A stretch of 64,000 bases of DNA from a virus, in IMG/VR virus record IMGVR_UViG_3300005758_000578, positions 1 through 64,000 of that record. The stretch is one strand, 5' to 3'. Position 1 is the first letter of the stretch. The number at the start of each line of letters is the position of its first letter. Below the pieces are notes generated by a model. That model was not told the DNA's origin, searched no databases, and worked only from the letters and a program-made list of their open reading frames with translations. This document shows positions 1 to 8,770 of the stretch, in pieces. The translations under genes were made by a program, and so were the position numbers.

Positions 1-720
1 TGTTATATGTCCCGGTATAACGGGAATAGAGTTTATGTAAACACTAATGTAGATGATATCTTTAACTCTGTATTGGAGTGGGAAAAGAACTATGTTAAAC
101 AGCCGGATCAACAGGATCCTGTGTATACTATGGTGGACATAGCCTGTAATTCCGATCTAGTACTTATGCAGAAGCATATGCCTGAACCCTTGATTGATTA
201 TCTTAAGAGATATGATGACCATCCTAGACTTAACTCTACTATGGCCACTAAATATCCTTCATTACTAACGCTAGACGTTAGTAGTTTTAATAAGAAACCA
301 AGAGTGCGGGTTAGTGTTATGCCTCAAGTATTCTCTGATATACTAGAACCTAAGATGCAAAAGATATCTGATAGAATAAAAGATATTAATAGATTAAAGG
401 ATTTAGGATGGGAGGTGCACATAAACTACAGTCCAGTTATTTTCTACCCAGGTTGGGAAGAACTCTATGATGATTTATTTGCTAAGATAAAACATATTGC
501 CGGTGAGAATAAGTGTGAAGTTATTGCTCTTACTAATCATGCATTACAAATGCAGCGGGCAAATGTTCTAGCTCAAAATCTAATGAAATATAGCTCAGAA
601 ATAAAGAATAATGAAAAGATTATGCGTTATCCTTTGAGCTATAAAACTAAATGGTTGGATACATTTAAGTACTTGTATACACAATACTTTGATATAGACA
701 CTATTAGGTACATTTTCTAA
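1..720 (+). CDS. Spore photoproduct lyase-like radical SAM protein, 5'-truncated by the window edge
   Basis: Frame is open from base 1 (C-Y-M, likely the end of CxxxCxxC). DIACNSD, ATKY, RVRVSVMPQ..LEP, INYSPVI and KIMRY match SPL-family motifs. Confidence 0.8.
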   Translation, partial: CYMSRYNGNRVYVNTNVDDIFNSVLEWEKNYVKQPDQQDPVYTMVDIACNSDLVLMQKHMPEPLIDYLKRYDDHPRLNSTMATKYPSLLTLDVSSFNKKPRVRVSVMPQVFSDILEPKMQKISDRIKDINRLKDLGWEVHINYSPVIFYPGWEELYDDLFAKIKHIAGENKCEVIALTNHALQMQRANVLAQNLMKYSSEIKNNEKIMRYPLSYKTKWLDTFKYLYTQYFDIDTIRYIF

Positions 721-742
721 TCAACAAAACCAATTACCACAT

Positions 743-1207
743 ATGAAGAAAGAAAACCGGGTTATGTATAGCGGTAAGCTATCTACCTATCAAGCAAACA
801 CAAAGAACTTTAACGGTAAGTCTTATCAAGTTTATGATAAAGACCCCTTTAATCCTAATCAGAACTTCTTGTACAAGCGTGCCATGTTTGGTATCAGCAT
901 GTATACGGAAGAAGAAATCAGAGAAATGTCTGAAGCTAAAAAACTACGGGTTATTAAAGCCCATAGAAAGACCCAGTTTATTCTAAACTCATGGAAACAA
1001 GAGATGATGATTAAATTTAGTAATAGTTTATTGGGCCATTTCTTTAAGGATCATCCATTCTTAAGCCCATTTTGGGAAAATACAGAACCAGATCCTAAAT
1101 TTGTATGCACATTATCCTTTAAAGATCTAGGTATCAATAAAAAAGATATCATAGATAAGTTAATAGATAGTGGTATATTGCCAATTAATTTCTATCAAAT
1201 ATCATGA
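743..1207 (+). CDS. Hypothetical phage protein
   Basis: 154-aa ORF, ATGA-coupled to the next gene. Confidence 0.7.
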   Translation: MKKENRVMYSGKLSTYQANTKNFNGKSYQVYDKDPFNPNQNFLYKRAMFGISMYTEEEIREMSEAKKLRVIKAHRKTQFILNSWKQEMMIKFSNSLLGHFFKDHPFLSPFWENTEPDPKFVCTLSFKDLGINKKDIIDKLIDSGILPINFYQIS

Positions 1208-1524
1208 CTAAATTCCACGGCCTTGACAACAGACAAATTGTATTCTGTTATTTAAACAATCTAACACAGTTAGAACAAATAGAACAACTTATTGCAGATG
1301 CTGAAATCAGCTCTACTGTACCTTTTATGGGTACAGCTGTAACTTTATCTATGGTTCTTACTGAAGAGAATATTGAAAAGCTTAAACAACATGACATGTA
1401 CATTCTATTACATCAGATTAATGATATTCTATACCCAGTTGTAGAACTTATTAAAGATAGCGATCCGGATTTATATGATGATGTAGAAGCAGCCTTTGAT
1501 ATTGGATTAGATGACTTAATATGA
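1204..1524 (+). CDS. Hypothetical acidic protein
   Basis: 106-aa ORF, ATGA-coupled on both sides. Confidence 0.7.
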   Translation: MTKFHGLDNRQIVFCYLNNLTQLEQIEQLIADAEISSTVPFMGTAVTLSMVLTEENIEKLKQHDMYILLHQINDILYPVVELIKDSDPDLYDDVEAAFDIGLDDLI

Positions 1525-1895
1525 AGCAGTGTCAAGACTGTGGAATAACTGTACCAACATTCTGGAAGAGGATATTAGGTAAAGGCTATTGTAAGAACTG
1601 TGCTAATAAGCATAGTAAACCAAAGTCTTTACCTAAAGCCTCTAAAAAGAAAATTGTAGAGAATCAAGAGTATAGTATCCTACGTATAGAGTTTTTAACT
1701 AAACATCCTACATGTCAGGCTAAACTTCCTGGATGTACTATATCTAGTATAGATGTACATCACATGAAAGGACGGGGTAAGTATACTTTAGATATAACTA
1801 CTTGGTTATCAGTGTGTAGGACTTGCCATACCTACATTCATGATAAACTATCATCTGAAGATGCTATAGAGTTAGGGCTTAAACTTAAAAATTAA
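1521..1895 (+). CDS. HNH/NinG-like zinc-binding nuclease
   Basis: CxxC pairs, DVHHMKGR, and WLSVCRTCHTYIH. Confidence 0.7.
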   Translation: MKQCQDCGITVPTFWKRILGKGYCKNCANKHSKPKSLPKASKKKIVENQEYSILRIEFLTKHPTCQAKLPGCTISSIDVHHMKGRGKYTLDITTWLSVCRTCHTYIHDKLSSEDAIELGLKLKN

Positions 1896-1952
1896 GTTGT
1901 TAATTTGTAGTATTTGTCATATATTGTATTGTAAACTAAAGTATATGACATC

Positions 1953-2822
1953 ATGAACAAACAATTTTATCTTTATACACATACAAGACCCGACACTAAT
2001 GAAATATTTTATGTAGGTATTGGTTCAGACTTTCCTGGTAGATATTCTAGAGCTTACGAGTTTGGATATAATAAAAGAAATTCTATATGGAATAAAATAT
2101 GGCTTAAAAATAAAAAACAAATTATAGTAGATATTATAAAAATCTATGATAATCAAGATGAATGTATGCAAGCTGAAATAGATTTAATTAAAAAATATGG
2201 TAGAATATGTCATAATACAGGTCCATTAGCTAATATATCTATTGGTGGTGAATCCAAGAATAAAGATCCTAAAAAAGTAATTCAATATGACTTAGAAGGT
2301 AATTTTATTCGTATTTGGAATAGTGTATCAGAAATTACAAATACTTTAAAAATTAAAGATAGAAGTATATATCCTACTTTAAATGGAATGTCTGTTACTT
2401 CTAATAATTTTATTTGGAAATGGTATACAGAAGATTACTTACAAAAAATTATAGTAAATATTCCTAATAGAGGAAAACGTTTTGTATATCAGTATGATAA
2501 ACAATGTAATTGTATAAATACTTATAAATCTGTTTTTGAAGCTAGTAATATAACCAACATAGATACAGCCTCTATTTTTAAAGTAACAAATAATCAAAGA
2601 AAAACAGCTGGAGGTTATATATGGTCTTACGATAATACTTGTGATTCTTATTATAAAAATAAAATAGCTCAGTATTCTATAGATGGTGAATTAATAAAAA
2701 TTTATGATAATTTAGAAACAGTAGTAAAAGATTTAAAACTAACTAGTAGAACAGCCATTAAAAATTGTTTTATAGGTAAACAAAAAAAAGCGTATGGATA
2801 TATATGGAAAAAAATATCTTAG
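1953..2822 (+). CDS. Free-standing GIY-YIG-type homing endonuclease with NUMOD1 repeats
   Basis: FYLYTH..FYVGIG..R N-terminus; three VxQYD..G..I..Y.S..GYIW-type repeats; very AT-rich. Confidence 0.8.
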   Translation: MNKQFYLYTHTRPDTNEIFYVGIGSDFPGRYSRAYEFGYNKRNSIWNKIWLKNKKQIIVDIIKIYDNQDECMQAEIDLIKKYGRICHNTGPLANISIGGESKNKDPKKVIQYDLEGNFIRIWNSVSEITNTLKIKDRSIYPTLNGMSVTSNNFIWKWYTEDYLQKIIVNIPNRGKRFVYQYDKQCNCINTYKSVFEASNITNIDTASIFKVTNNQRKTAGGYIWSYDNTCDSYYKNKIAQYSIDGELIKIYDNLETVVKDLKLTSRTAIKNCFIGKQKKAYGYIWKKIS

Positions 2823-2859
2823 ATGTAGCAAAAGAATATGGCTTTAGTAAAACAAGATT

Positions 2860-3051
2860 ATGAAAAAAGAAGAACAACATTTAGAAGAAAAGCTAGAAAT
2901 GGCTAATATTATTGGCTATTGTATAGGTCAATTAAAAGCTCATCATGCATACTATGCAGGACCGGAAGCAATAGAAAAGAGCTATTTAGAAGCAGAGAAA
3001 CAGTTTAAAGAATTTTTAGATAACTTTAATAAAAAACAATATGACATTTGA
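2860..3051 (+). CDS. Hypothetical protein
   Basis: 63-aa ORF in an operon-like run. Confidence 0.55.
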   Translation: MKKEEQHLEEKLEMANIIGYCIGQLKAHHAYYAGPEAIEKSYLEAEKQFKEFLDNFNKKQYDI

Positions 3052-3295
3052 AGATTTAGAATTTAAACCTATGATTCACCAAGAAGGTATCCGTGCTGTT
3101 GCAAATTTTGATAACGGTTATGGTGCTAGTATTGTTAAATGTGAAACAAGTTATGGGAACAAAAGAGGTTTGTATGAATTAGCAGTATTGTATGATAATA
3201 TGATAACTTATGATACAGAAATTACAGATGATGTACTAGGTTATCTTACACCAGAAGATGTAACAAAACTGCTTGAAAGAATAGAAAAGTTATAA
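3041..3295 (+). CDS. Conserved phage hypothetical protein
   Basis: FDNGYGASIV..SYG..GLYELAVL..DVLGYLT pattern seen in many phages. Confidence 0.75.
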   Translation: MTFEDLEFKPMIHQEGIRAVANFDNGYGASIVKCETSYGNKRGLYELAVLYDNMITYDTEITDDVLGYLTPEDVTKLLERIEKL

Positions 3296-3297
3296 TT

Positions 3298-3555
3298 ATG
3301 AATGAAATAGAGGTGTTTATTAACCGGCTAAAGAAGATAGGTATTGAATTAGAGTTATCTGGTAATGTACCCTGGATTTATTTAGATAAAGTTAATGGTA
3401 ACAGAGTTAAGCGGGAAGATTACAATGCTAATCATGGTTATACTATTGCTTGGTATCCTGTAAGACTAGGAGATAAACCATACCTAGATTCAGACCTTAA
3501 ACGTACTTTTCAGGTAATTAGAAAATATAAAGACAATGAGCAACAATCAAATTGA
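3298..3555 (+). CDS. Hypothetical protein
   Basis: 85-aa ORF (GNVPWIYLDKVNG); ends within an MSNN junction repeat. Confidence 0.7.
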   Translation: MNEIEVFINRLKKIGIELELSGNVPWIYLDKVNGNRVKREDYNANHGYTIAWYPVRLGDKPYLDSDLKRTFQVIRKYKDNEQQSN

Positions 3556-3772
3556 AAAAATAAAACAATTCTTATATAGTGAAATATGTGAGCGTAGAGA
3601 GTATTCCGCATCTCGTATGTGTGAAGAAGTCCTTAAATTTATACAAAACAGTGAAAAACTAGATAAGTTTTTAGGAGGTGCATATGGAGAAATCTATCAG
3701 TCTGATGCACTTGCAAGACTTAAAGAAAGAGTTCAGCAACGTAAAGAATTTAAAAAAAGAAAAGATGGGTAA
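3536..3772 (+). CDS. Hypothetical protein (MSNN-start family)
   Basis: 78-aa ORF starting at the junction repeat. Confidence 0.6.
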   Translation: MSNNQIEKIKQFLYSEICERREYSASRMCEEVLKFIQNSEKLDKFLGGAYGEIYQSDALARLKERVQQRKEFKKRKDG

Positions 3773-4442
3773 AATAGACAAAAACAGCAGATTCTATAAG
3801 CCTCCTACCCTACAAGAGCGCTTAGAAGACATTAAGTATTTCTTTCTGTTTTGGAGAGGAAGAAAGAAGGGTATGATTTTTACCCGTAACATTACATTAG
3901 ATGATTTCCGCTATATCTTCTTTCCCAAAGGATTTGAGAAGTATGGTTACTTAGGAACACATCTATGGCATGAAGAAGGTGATTACTTTAATGCTCTTTA
4001 TCCCTTAGTACTTGCTATGGATCATGAAGCTAAGCCTAAATTCTGCCCTAGGTGGTTTTTACGCTTTCTACATGTATTTGGTTGTGATAGATCTATTGTA
4101 AGAGTACGTAGCTGGACCTTGCATAACTTACTTAGAAAACTAACTAAAGGTATTGCCTTTGTAGATTGGAAAACTAAGTGGCAAAGTTATGACCTACGTA
4201 TCTCTATAAATGCTCCTAAGCACTTACAAGACCTAGCAGAGGATATAGAACATGGATTTTACTCTAGAGGTAAACAGAAAGAACTTGCTTACTTTATTAA
4301 GCAAGCAGATCCAGAAGCCTTTATTATCTGGGGTAGTGTAGAAAGATTAGAGAAACAGTTAGAAGAAATAATGGCAAAAAAGAAACAAGAAGAAGCATTA
4401 GACTTTCTAACTAAACAAGCTCAAGAATTAAACTTATATTAA
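3765..4442 (+). CDS. Hypothetical protein
   Basis: Long ORF; ATG 3765 overlaps the end of the previous gene and is the likely start. Confidence 0.65.
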   Translation: MGKIDKNSRFYKPPTLQERLEDIKYFFLFWRGRKKGMIFTRNITLDDFRYIFFPKGFEKYGYLGTHLWHEEGDYFNALYPLVLAMDHEAKPKFCPRWFLRFLHVFGCDRSIVRVRSWTLHNLLRKLTKGIAFVDWKTKWQSYDLRISINAPKHLQDLAEDIEHGFYSRGKQKELAYFIKQADPEAFIIWGSVERLEKQLEEIMAKKKQEEALDFLTKQAQELNLY

Positions 4443-4447
4443 AAACT

Positions 4448-4576
4448 ATGAAAAGAAGAGTATTATTCTTAATTGTGCTTTGTGGATGTTCTCAAAATCA
4501 TAAGACCCACAATCTAAAAGTAACTGATACTACTATCTACTACGATAGTATGACATTAATTAATGAAAGTCCATAA
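4448..4576 (+). CDS. Small putative lipoprotein (not in the ORF track)
   Basis: MKRRVLFLIVLCGC: basic N-region, hydrophobic core and lipobox-like Cys; fills the intergenic gap. Confidence 0.5.
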   Translation: MKRRVLFLIVLCGCSQNHKTHNLKVTDTTIYYDSMTLINESP

Positions 4577-4579
4577 ATT

Positions 4580-4837
4580 ATGAGCAATAATAAACAGATT
4601 ATGAAAAAACTATTATTAGCAACATTACTTATCGGAATGGTAAGTAGTTGCCAAGAAGCAACAGTCACAAGAAAAACAACTACAATTGTAACTCAGGATG
4701 GTGGCAAACCCTTAAAACTAATTGTTATAGATGGTTGTGAGTACTTTGAATACAGTTCCGGTCATAGATACAGTTTGTGCCACAAAGGAAATTGTAAGAA
4801 TCCTATTCACCCTGAAAACAAAGGAGGTAACAAATGA
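4580..4837 (+). CDS. Putative lipoprotein
   Basis: MKKLLLATLLIGMVSSC signal (alternative start 4601); IDGCEY..HKGNCKNPIH motif. Confidence 0.7.
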   Translation: MSNNKQIMKKLLLATLLIGMVSSCQEATVTRKTTTIVTQDGGKPLKLIVIDGCEYFEYSSGHRYSLCHKGNCKNPIHPENKGGNK

Positions 4838-5097
4838 AACTATACACAGAATTTGAAGTAAAATTTGCTATGGATACGGCAAGGTGTCAACAAGATTTAA
4901 CTTTTGATGAAGTTTTACAACAATTAACCCCCATCGAACTACCAAGTGATGAGGAGATAGATGCTCATGTAGAGGGGGATTTTCTAAATTCTACTGGAGT
5001 ACATAAATACTCTGAAGAAGCACAATTACTGATGAAAGCAATGTGTAAAGCAGGTGCTTTGTGGATGCGTGATAAAATACAAGGAGGTAATAAATGA
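4834..5097 (+). CDS. Small phage protein (KLYTE..PIELPSDEEI..WMRDKIQGGNK family)
   Basis: ATGA-coupled ORF ending in the GGNK junction. Confidence 0.7.
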   Translation: MKLYTEFEVKFAMDTARCQQDLTFDEVLQQLTPIELPSDEEIDAHVEGDFLNSTGVHKYSEEAQLLMKAMCKAGALWMRDKIQGGNK

Positions 5098-5282
5098 AAG
5101 ATAATAAACCACTAGTAGTAGGACTTTTAACAATGGTAGCAATATATCTGCTTGTTTCATTTGCAGTATGGGATTTAAATGCTAAAAACTGGGAAATTGT
5201 AGTAAGAGTAATGTATGCATTTTGGAGTCCAATTTTTTCAGTATTAGTATATTCTGGATGTAAAATAGGAAGCAAACAATGA
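5094..5282 (+). CDS. Small two-TM membrane protein
   Basis: Two hydrophobic segments; coupled on both sides. Confidence 0.65.
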   Translation: MKDNKPLVVGLLTMVAIYLLVSFAVWDLNAKNWEIVVRVMYAFWSPIFSVLVYSGCKIGSKQ

Positions 5283-5563
5283 GCAACAATAAACAAAGTA
5301 GCGTGGAGTGGTTGATTGCAGAAATTCAAAGAAGAGTTTCAATAATTCAATCAGAACCACAAACAATGGCAAGGGAATTAATGATAGACAATTTATCTGT
5401 TGATTTAGAACAAGCCAAAGCAATGCACAAGGAGGAATGTATTAAATACTATGTAGATGCTGTTGATTATGGAGATATGGGTAAACATATTAGAGAATCA
5501 TTGATTCAAATCGCAGAAAAAATTTACAACAAAACATTTGGAGGTAACAATGAGCAAAAATAA
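5279..5563 (+). CDS. MSNNKQ-EQAKAMH family paralog 1
   Basis: SSVEWL / EQAKAMHKEE / YNKTFGG blocks. Confidence 0.75.
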   Translation: MSNNKQSSVEWLIAEIQRRVSIIQSEPQTMARELMIDNLSVDLEQAKAMHKEECIKYYVDAVDYGDMGKHIRESLIQIAEKIYNKTFGGNNEQK

Positions 5564-5768
5564 ACAAACAACACCGATTTTTACTACGTCAGAATTTACA
5601 ACAGCAACTATTCCTCAACCAAAAAAGATAGTAGGATGGTATTGCTTAGGCAGTAAAAGCAGAGTAAACTGTACCGCATTTGGAACGTACAGTAAGCCTA
5701 ACTTTATTAAGAGATTCTTTATGAGAACCTTATTAGATTTTTATTGGGTTAAAGAAACACAACAATGA
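5550..5768 (+). CDS. Hypothetical protein (MSKNKQ start)
   Basis: ATG lies within the junction repeat; KPNFIKRFFMRTLLDFYWV. Confidence 0.6.
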   Translation: MSKNKQTTPIFTTSEFTTATIPQPKKIVGWYCLGSKSRVNCTAFGTYSKPNFIKRFFMRTLLDFYWVKETQQ

Positions 5769-5974
5769 GCAACAATAAACAACAAACGGCAGTGGAATAT
5801 TTAGTTGAACAATTATTTCCAAAAGCATTAAGCGCAGAGCAATATTATCATATTGAACAAGCCAAAGCAATGCATAAGGTAGAAATAGTCAATGCAGTTG
5901 ATGGGTTTCCTATTCACACAAGACATATGAATGGGGAAGAGTACTACAACGAAACATTTGGAGGAAACAAATGA
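5765..5974 (+). CDS. MSNNKQ-EQAKAMH family paralog 2
   Basis: TAVEYL / EQAKAMHK / YYNETFGGNK blocks. Confidence 0.75.
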   Translation: MSNNKQQTAVEYLVEQLFPKALSAEQYYHIEQAKAMHKVEIVNAVDGFPIHTRHMNGEEYYNETFGGNK

Positions 5975-6174
5975 GCAACAATAAACCACGTAAAAATCAA
6001 GCCGTTACAGATTATTGGTTTGACAAAAGCAGAACAATTAGAAAGTCTATCATCCTGTACAAACAACAGGATGGTATGGCTACCCCAGTTATGTATTTGA
6101 CCAAGCCAAGATGGCTAAGTGATGAAGAATTTATGGAGTTCTTTAGTAAACTAGAAATAAGAGTAAAACCATAA
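5971..6174 (+). CDS. Hypothetical protein (MSNNK start)
   Basis: Junction-repeat start followed by an unrelated body. Confidence 0.6.
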   Translation: MSNNKPRKNQAVTDYWFDKSRTIRKSIILYKQQDGMATPVMYLTKPRWLSDEEFMEFFSKLEIRVKP

Positions 6175-6181
6175 GCAAACT

Positions 6182-6415
6182 ATGATTTATCAAGAAGCAA
6201 TAGAAAAAGCACTTACAGTAAAATGGAAAGTTGGTACCTGTCAAGAAGGTGAAAAATGTTGGTGCAGAACTATAGAACCAGCAGAACCAATCCTATTTGA
6301 AGATGGTAATATCTTATCAGAGTACTACATTATTAGAAGTGGTGAAGTAATTAAAGAAACAGTTGAGCATTTAGTTAAACTACATAACCAATACTTAGAC
6401 AATGAGCAACAATAA
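6182..6415 (+). CDS. Hypothetical protein
   Basis: CQEGEKCWC motif; ends DNEQQ* in the junction repeat. Confidence 0.65.
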   Translation: MIYQEAIEKALTVKWKVGTCQEGEKCWCRTIEPAEPILFEDGNILSEYYIIRSGEVIKETVEHLVKLHNQYLDNEQQ

Positions 6416-6608
6416 ACAAAGTAGCGTGGATGTTTTAATTAGTGGTTTATTAGAATACATACATGAAGGACATCATCCAGAAGTTTTAGAATTGTATGAA
6501 CAAGCCAAAGCAATGCACAAGGAGGAATGCAAAGAAAGTTATTACGAGAGTTTACTGAGTAACTTTCAAACATTTGAACATTACTACAACGAAACATTTG
6601 GAGAATAA
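6402..6608 (+). CDS. MSNNKQ-EQAKAMH family paralog 3
   Basis: SSVDVL / EQAKAMHKEEC / YYNETFGE blocks. Confidence 0.75.
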   Translation: MSNNKQSSVDVLISGLLEYIHEGHHPEVLELYEQAKAMHKEECKESYYESLLSNFQTFEHYYNETFGE

Positions 6609-6611
6609 TTT

Positions 6612-6827
6612 ATGGACAAATTTGAATATAAATACCTGTTTATAACTTTAAGTAGACCAGAATTAAGCAAAAAACTAAACGAATTAGGCTCTAAGAGTTG
6701 GGATATTATATCTGCACCTAGAATACTTTATGAAGTTAGTGAGTTTGATAGTCAGGCTAACATTCTATTTAGATGGGAAATCTTTATGAAGCGGAAAATA
6801 CAAGAAGATAACAATGAGCAACAATAG
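6612..6827 (+). CDS. DUF4177-like small protein
   Basis: KFEYK..LNELGSKSWDII..FMKR pattern. Confidence 0.55.
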   Translation: MDKFEYKYLFITLSRPELSKKLNELGSKSWDIISAPRILYEVSEFDSQANILFRWEIFMKRKIQEDNNEQQ

Positions 6828-7041
6828 TGTAGATTTACTAATTAAAGAAGTTAAATCTAAAGAATGGCCGGATTTATTTATTTGGCACAAAGAAGCTATT
6901 TTTAATAGAGCTAAAGCAATGCACAGAAATGAACAAGAACAACTATTGTTTAAGTACTTTGAGTGGCATAAGCGTAAAGGCTATGAAAAGCACGAGTTAG
7001 ATCACTTTACAGAGTTTTATAAAGAAACTTATGAAAGCTAG
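6814..7041 (+). CDS. MSNN-AKAMH family paralog 4 (diverged)
   Basis: SVDLL / RAKAMH / FYKETY blocks. Confidence 0.65.
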   Translation: MSNNSVDLLIKEVKSKEWPDLFIWHKEAIFNRAKAMHRNEQEQLLFKYFEWHKRKGYEKHELDHFTEFYKETYES

Positions 7042-7360
7042 AGAATACACATCTAAAACCTTACAAGAACTTATAGATGAGGTAACAGTTGGAGAGTTGG
7101 AGGCTACTAGTAAGAGTATGGACCCTATGACTCCTAAATCAGAAGCTTATGATTTAGTTTTAGGCTTTTATTACCGATTACCCAACAATGGCAGACTTAA
7201 AACCGGGATTAACAGTTGTGAGTCTCGGTTTAAGGAAGCTGTAATGTGTGCTATACTTACTGTAAATAAAATTATTAGTGCTTTACATGCTCATACCTGG
7301 CAAAATAGACATGAAATAGATCACTATACAGAAATGTTAAAAGAAATAGAAAAACTATGA
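7031..7360 (+). CDS. TPK..CA..EIEKL family protein
   Basis: C-terminal half is similar to the next ORF. Confidence 0.65.
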   Translation: MKAREYTSKTLQELIDEVTVGELEATSKSMDPMTPKSEAYDLVLGFYYRLPNNGRLKTGINSCESRFKEAVMCAILTVNKIISALHAHTWQNRHEIDHYTEMLKEIEKL

Positions 7361-7551
7361 GCACTCCTAAAGAAAAAGCAAAAGAACTAGTTGATAAATT
7401 CAGTGTAGTAGGTTTGCAACAAAGAAACGAAGGAATTGCGTGTGCATTGATTGCGGTTGATGAGATAATAGAATTATTACCAGAAATTGCTTTTGGTATG
7501 AGAGTAATTGATTATTACCAACAAGTAAAAGAAGAAATAGAAAAGCTATGA
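7357..7551 (+). CDS. TPKEKAKELVDKF..CALIAVDEII..EIEKL family protein
   Basis: Small protein pattern common in aquatic Bacteroidota phages. Confidence 0.7.
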   Translation: MSTPKEKAKELVDKFSVVGLQQRNEGIACALIAVDEIIELLPEIAFGMRVIDYYQQVKEEIEKL

Positions 7552-7940
7552 CACAAGAAGAACTTAAAAAAATAGCAGAAGAGTCTTGGGAAGGATGTGA
7601 TAGCTGTACAGAAACAGATAAACAAATGTACATCAACGGATTTGTTAAAGCAGCTTTCCGTTATGGTAATTTTGCCCGATTTAGTACTTCTGATGACTCT
7701 CCCTACTGTAAAGTATGCTCTGCATGTGGAGTAGAAGGATGTTGTTCTCCTATGGCCTGTAAGCAAAGCCCTGATGGAGACTACTGTCAATCTTATTTAA
7801 ACGACTTAAAGATGGGCTATATTATGAACCAATTCTTTGAGAACGAGATAATGGATCAAATGCCCCTTGACTTAAAAGAAAAGTATAATGCAGAGTGGGA
7901 CAAAGCCTACGATCAAATTTATAATAATAAAGAATCATGA
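7548..7940 (+). CDS. Cys-rich hypothetical protein
   Basis: YCKVCSACGVEGCCSPMAC. Confidence 0.65.
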   Translation: MTQEELKKIAEESWEGCDSCTETDKQMYINGFVKAAFRYGNFARFSTSDDSPYCKVCSACGVEGCCSPMACKQSPDGDYCQSYLNDLKMGYIMNQFFENEIMDQMPLDLKEKYNAEWDKAYDQIYNNKES

Positions 7941-8290
7941 GCAAGATTAAACAAGACAAAATACCTATGACATTAACGGAAGATAATGTTTTAGAAGTTC
8001 TTGGTTACAAGTATAAGTTGGTTAGAGAAAGAGATAATCTACTTAACTTTGGTGATAAAGTTGGATGGATTGAATGGAAACCAGATGGTACTTTTGGAAA
8101 ACTACATGATAAACCTGCTATTGGCCTATCTTGTATTCTAGACCCACATAGATTTAGTTTTACTTGGTTAACAACTTCTATCACAGAAATCATAAAAGAA
8201 GAAGACGATTACGTTAAGTTTAAAACTTCAAATAGTACATACGAACTATGGCACGCACAACAAGAGAACAAAAACAGCAAAAAGCAGTGA
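7937..8290 (+). CDS. Hypothetical protein
   Basis: FTWLTT..FKTSNSTYEL phage motif. Confidence 0.7.
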   Translation: MSKIKQDKIPMTLTEDNVLEVLGYKYKLVRERDNLLNFGDKVGWIEWKPDGTFGKLHDKPAIGLSCILDPHRFSFTWLTTSITEIIKEEDDYVKFKTSNSTYELWHAQQENKNSKKQ

Positions 8291-8532
8291 TAGATATCAT
8301 CAATCAGATGTTTATTATTGCAGGTCATGAAGTCACTTATGATGACATTAAAGACCGTAAAGATGATTGGTATGCTCAGTGGACTATGACAGTTGCTCAA
8401 TCAGAAGAATGGAGAGCATGGGGTGAAGCCTACTTGCGTAAGAACTTTAAGTTTAATAAATACTTGGCTGAGCGAGAAATGGCTATGATAAATTTGATGT
8501 GGGGACTTAAATACTCAGACTATAATATATGA
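8248..8532 (+). CDS. Hypothetical protein
   Basis: 94-aa ORF. Confidence 0.65.
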   Translation: MARTTREQKQQKAVIDIINQMFIIAGHEVTYDDIKDRKDDWYAQWTMTVAQSEEWRAWGEAYLRKNFKFNKYLAEREMAMINLMWGLKYSDYNI

Positions 8533-8768
8533 CAGAACAAGAAATAATTAATTTAGGATTTGAGAAAGAGCATGGTGAGAATGAAAAGTTTTATTATTAC
8601 ACATTAAACATAGGTGATGATCCTTCACCACTATGTTTAATATCTAATGCAAATGATGAAGTAGTTGATGAGAATTGGTGGTATGTTAGTATACTTAGTC
8701 ACAACTACATTAAGTTTAAAACACGTGACCAGTTAAGAGATTTTATATATCTCTTACAAAATCTTTAA
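8529..8768 (+). CDS. Hypothetical protein
   Basis: MTEQEIINLGFEK..FYYY. Confidence 0.65.
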   Translation: MTEQEIINLGFEKEHGENEKFYYYTLNIGDDPSPLCLISNANDEVVDENWWYVSILSHNYIKFKTRDQLRDFIYLLQNL

Positions 8769-8770
8769 TC

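Larger units (their letters stand above)
3530..6830 (+). repeat. Dispersed junction repeat ATGAGCAACAATAAACA (8 copies)
   Basis: Exact or near copies at ATGs 3536, 4580, 5279, 5550, 5765, 5971, 6402 and 6814. Confidence 0.85.

Noticed and set aside
3530-7041. CRISPR array or DGR in the repeat region
   Set aside because: The repeats are coding and irregularly spaced (about 200-1000 nt). There is no cas or reverse transcriptase gene and no adenine-specific TR/VR pair.
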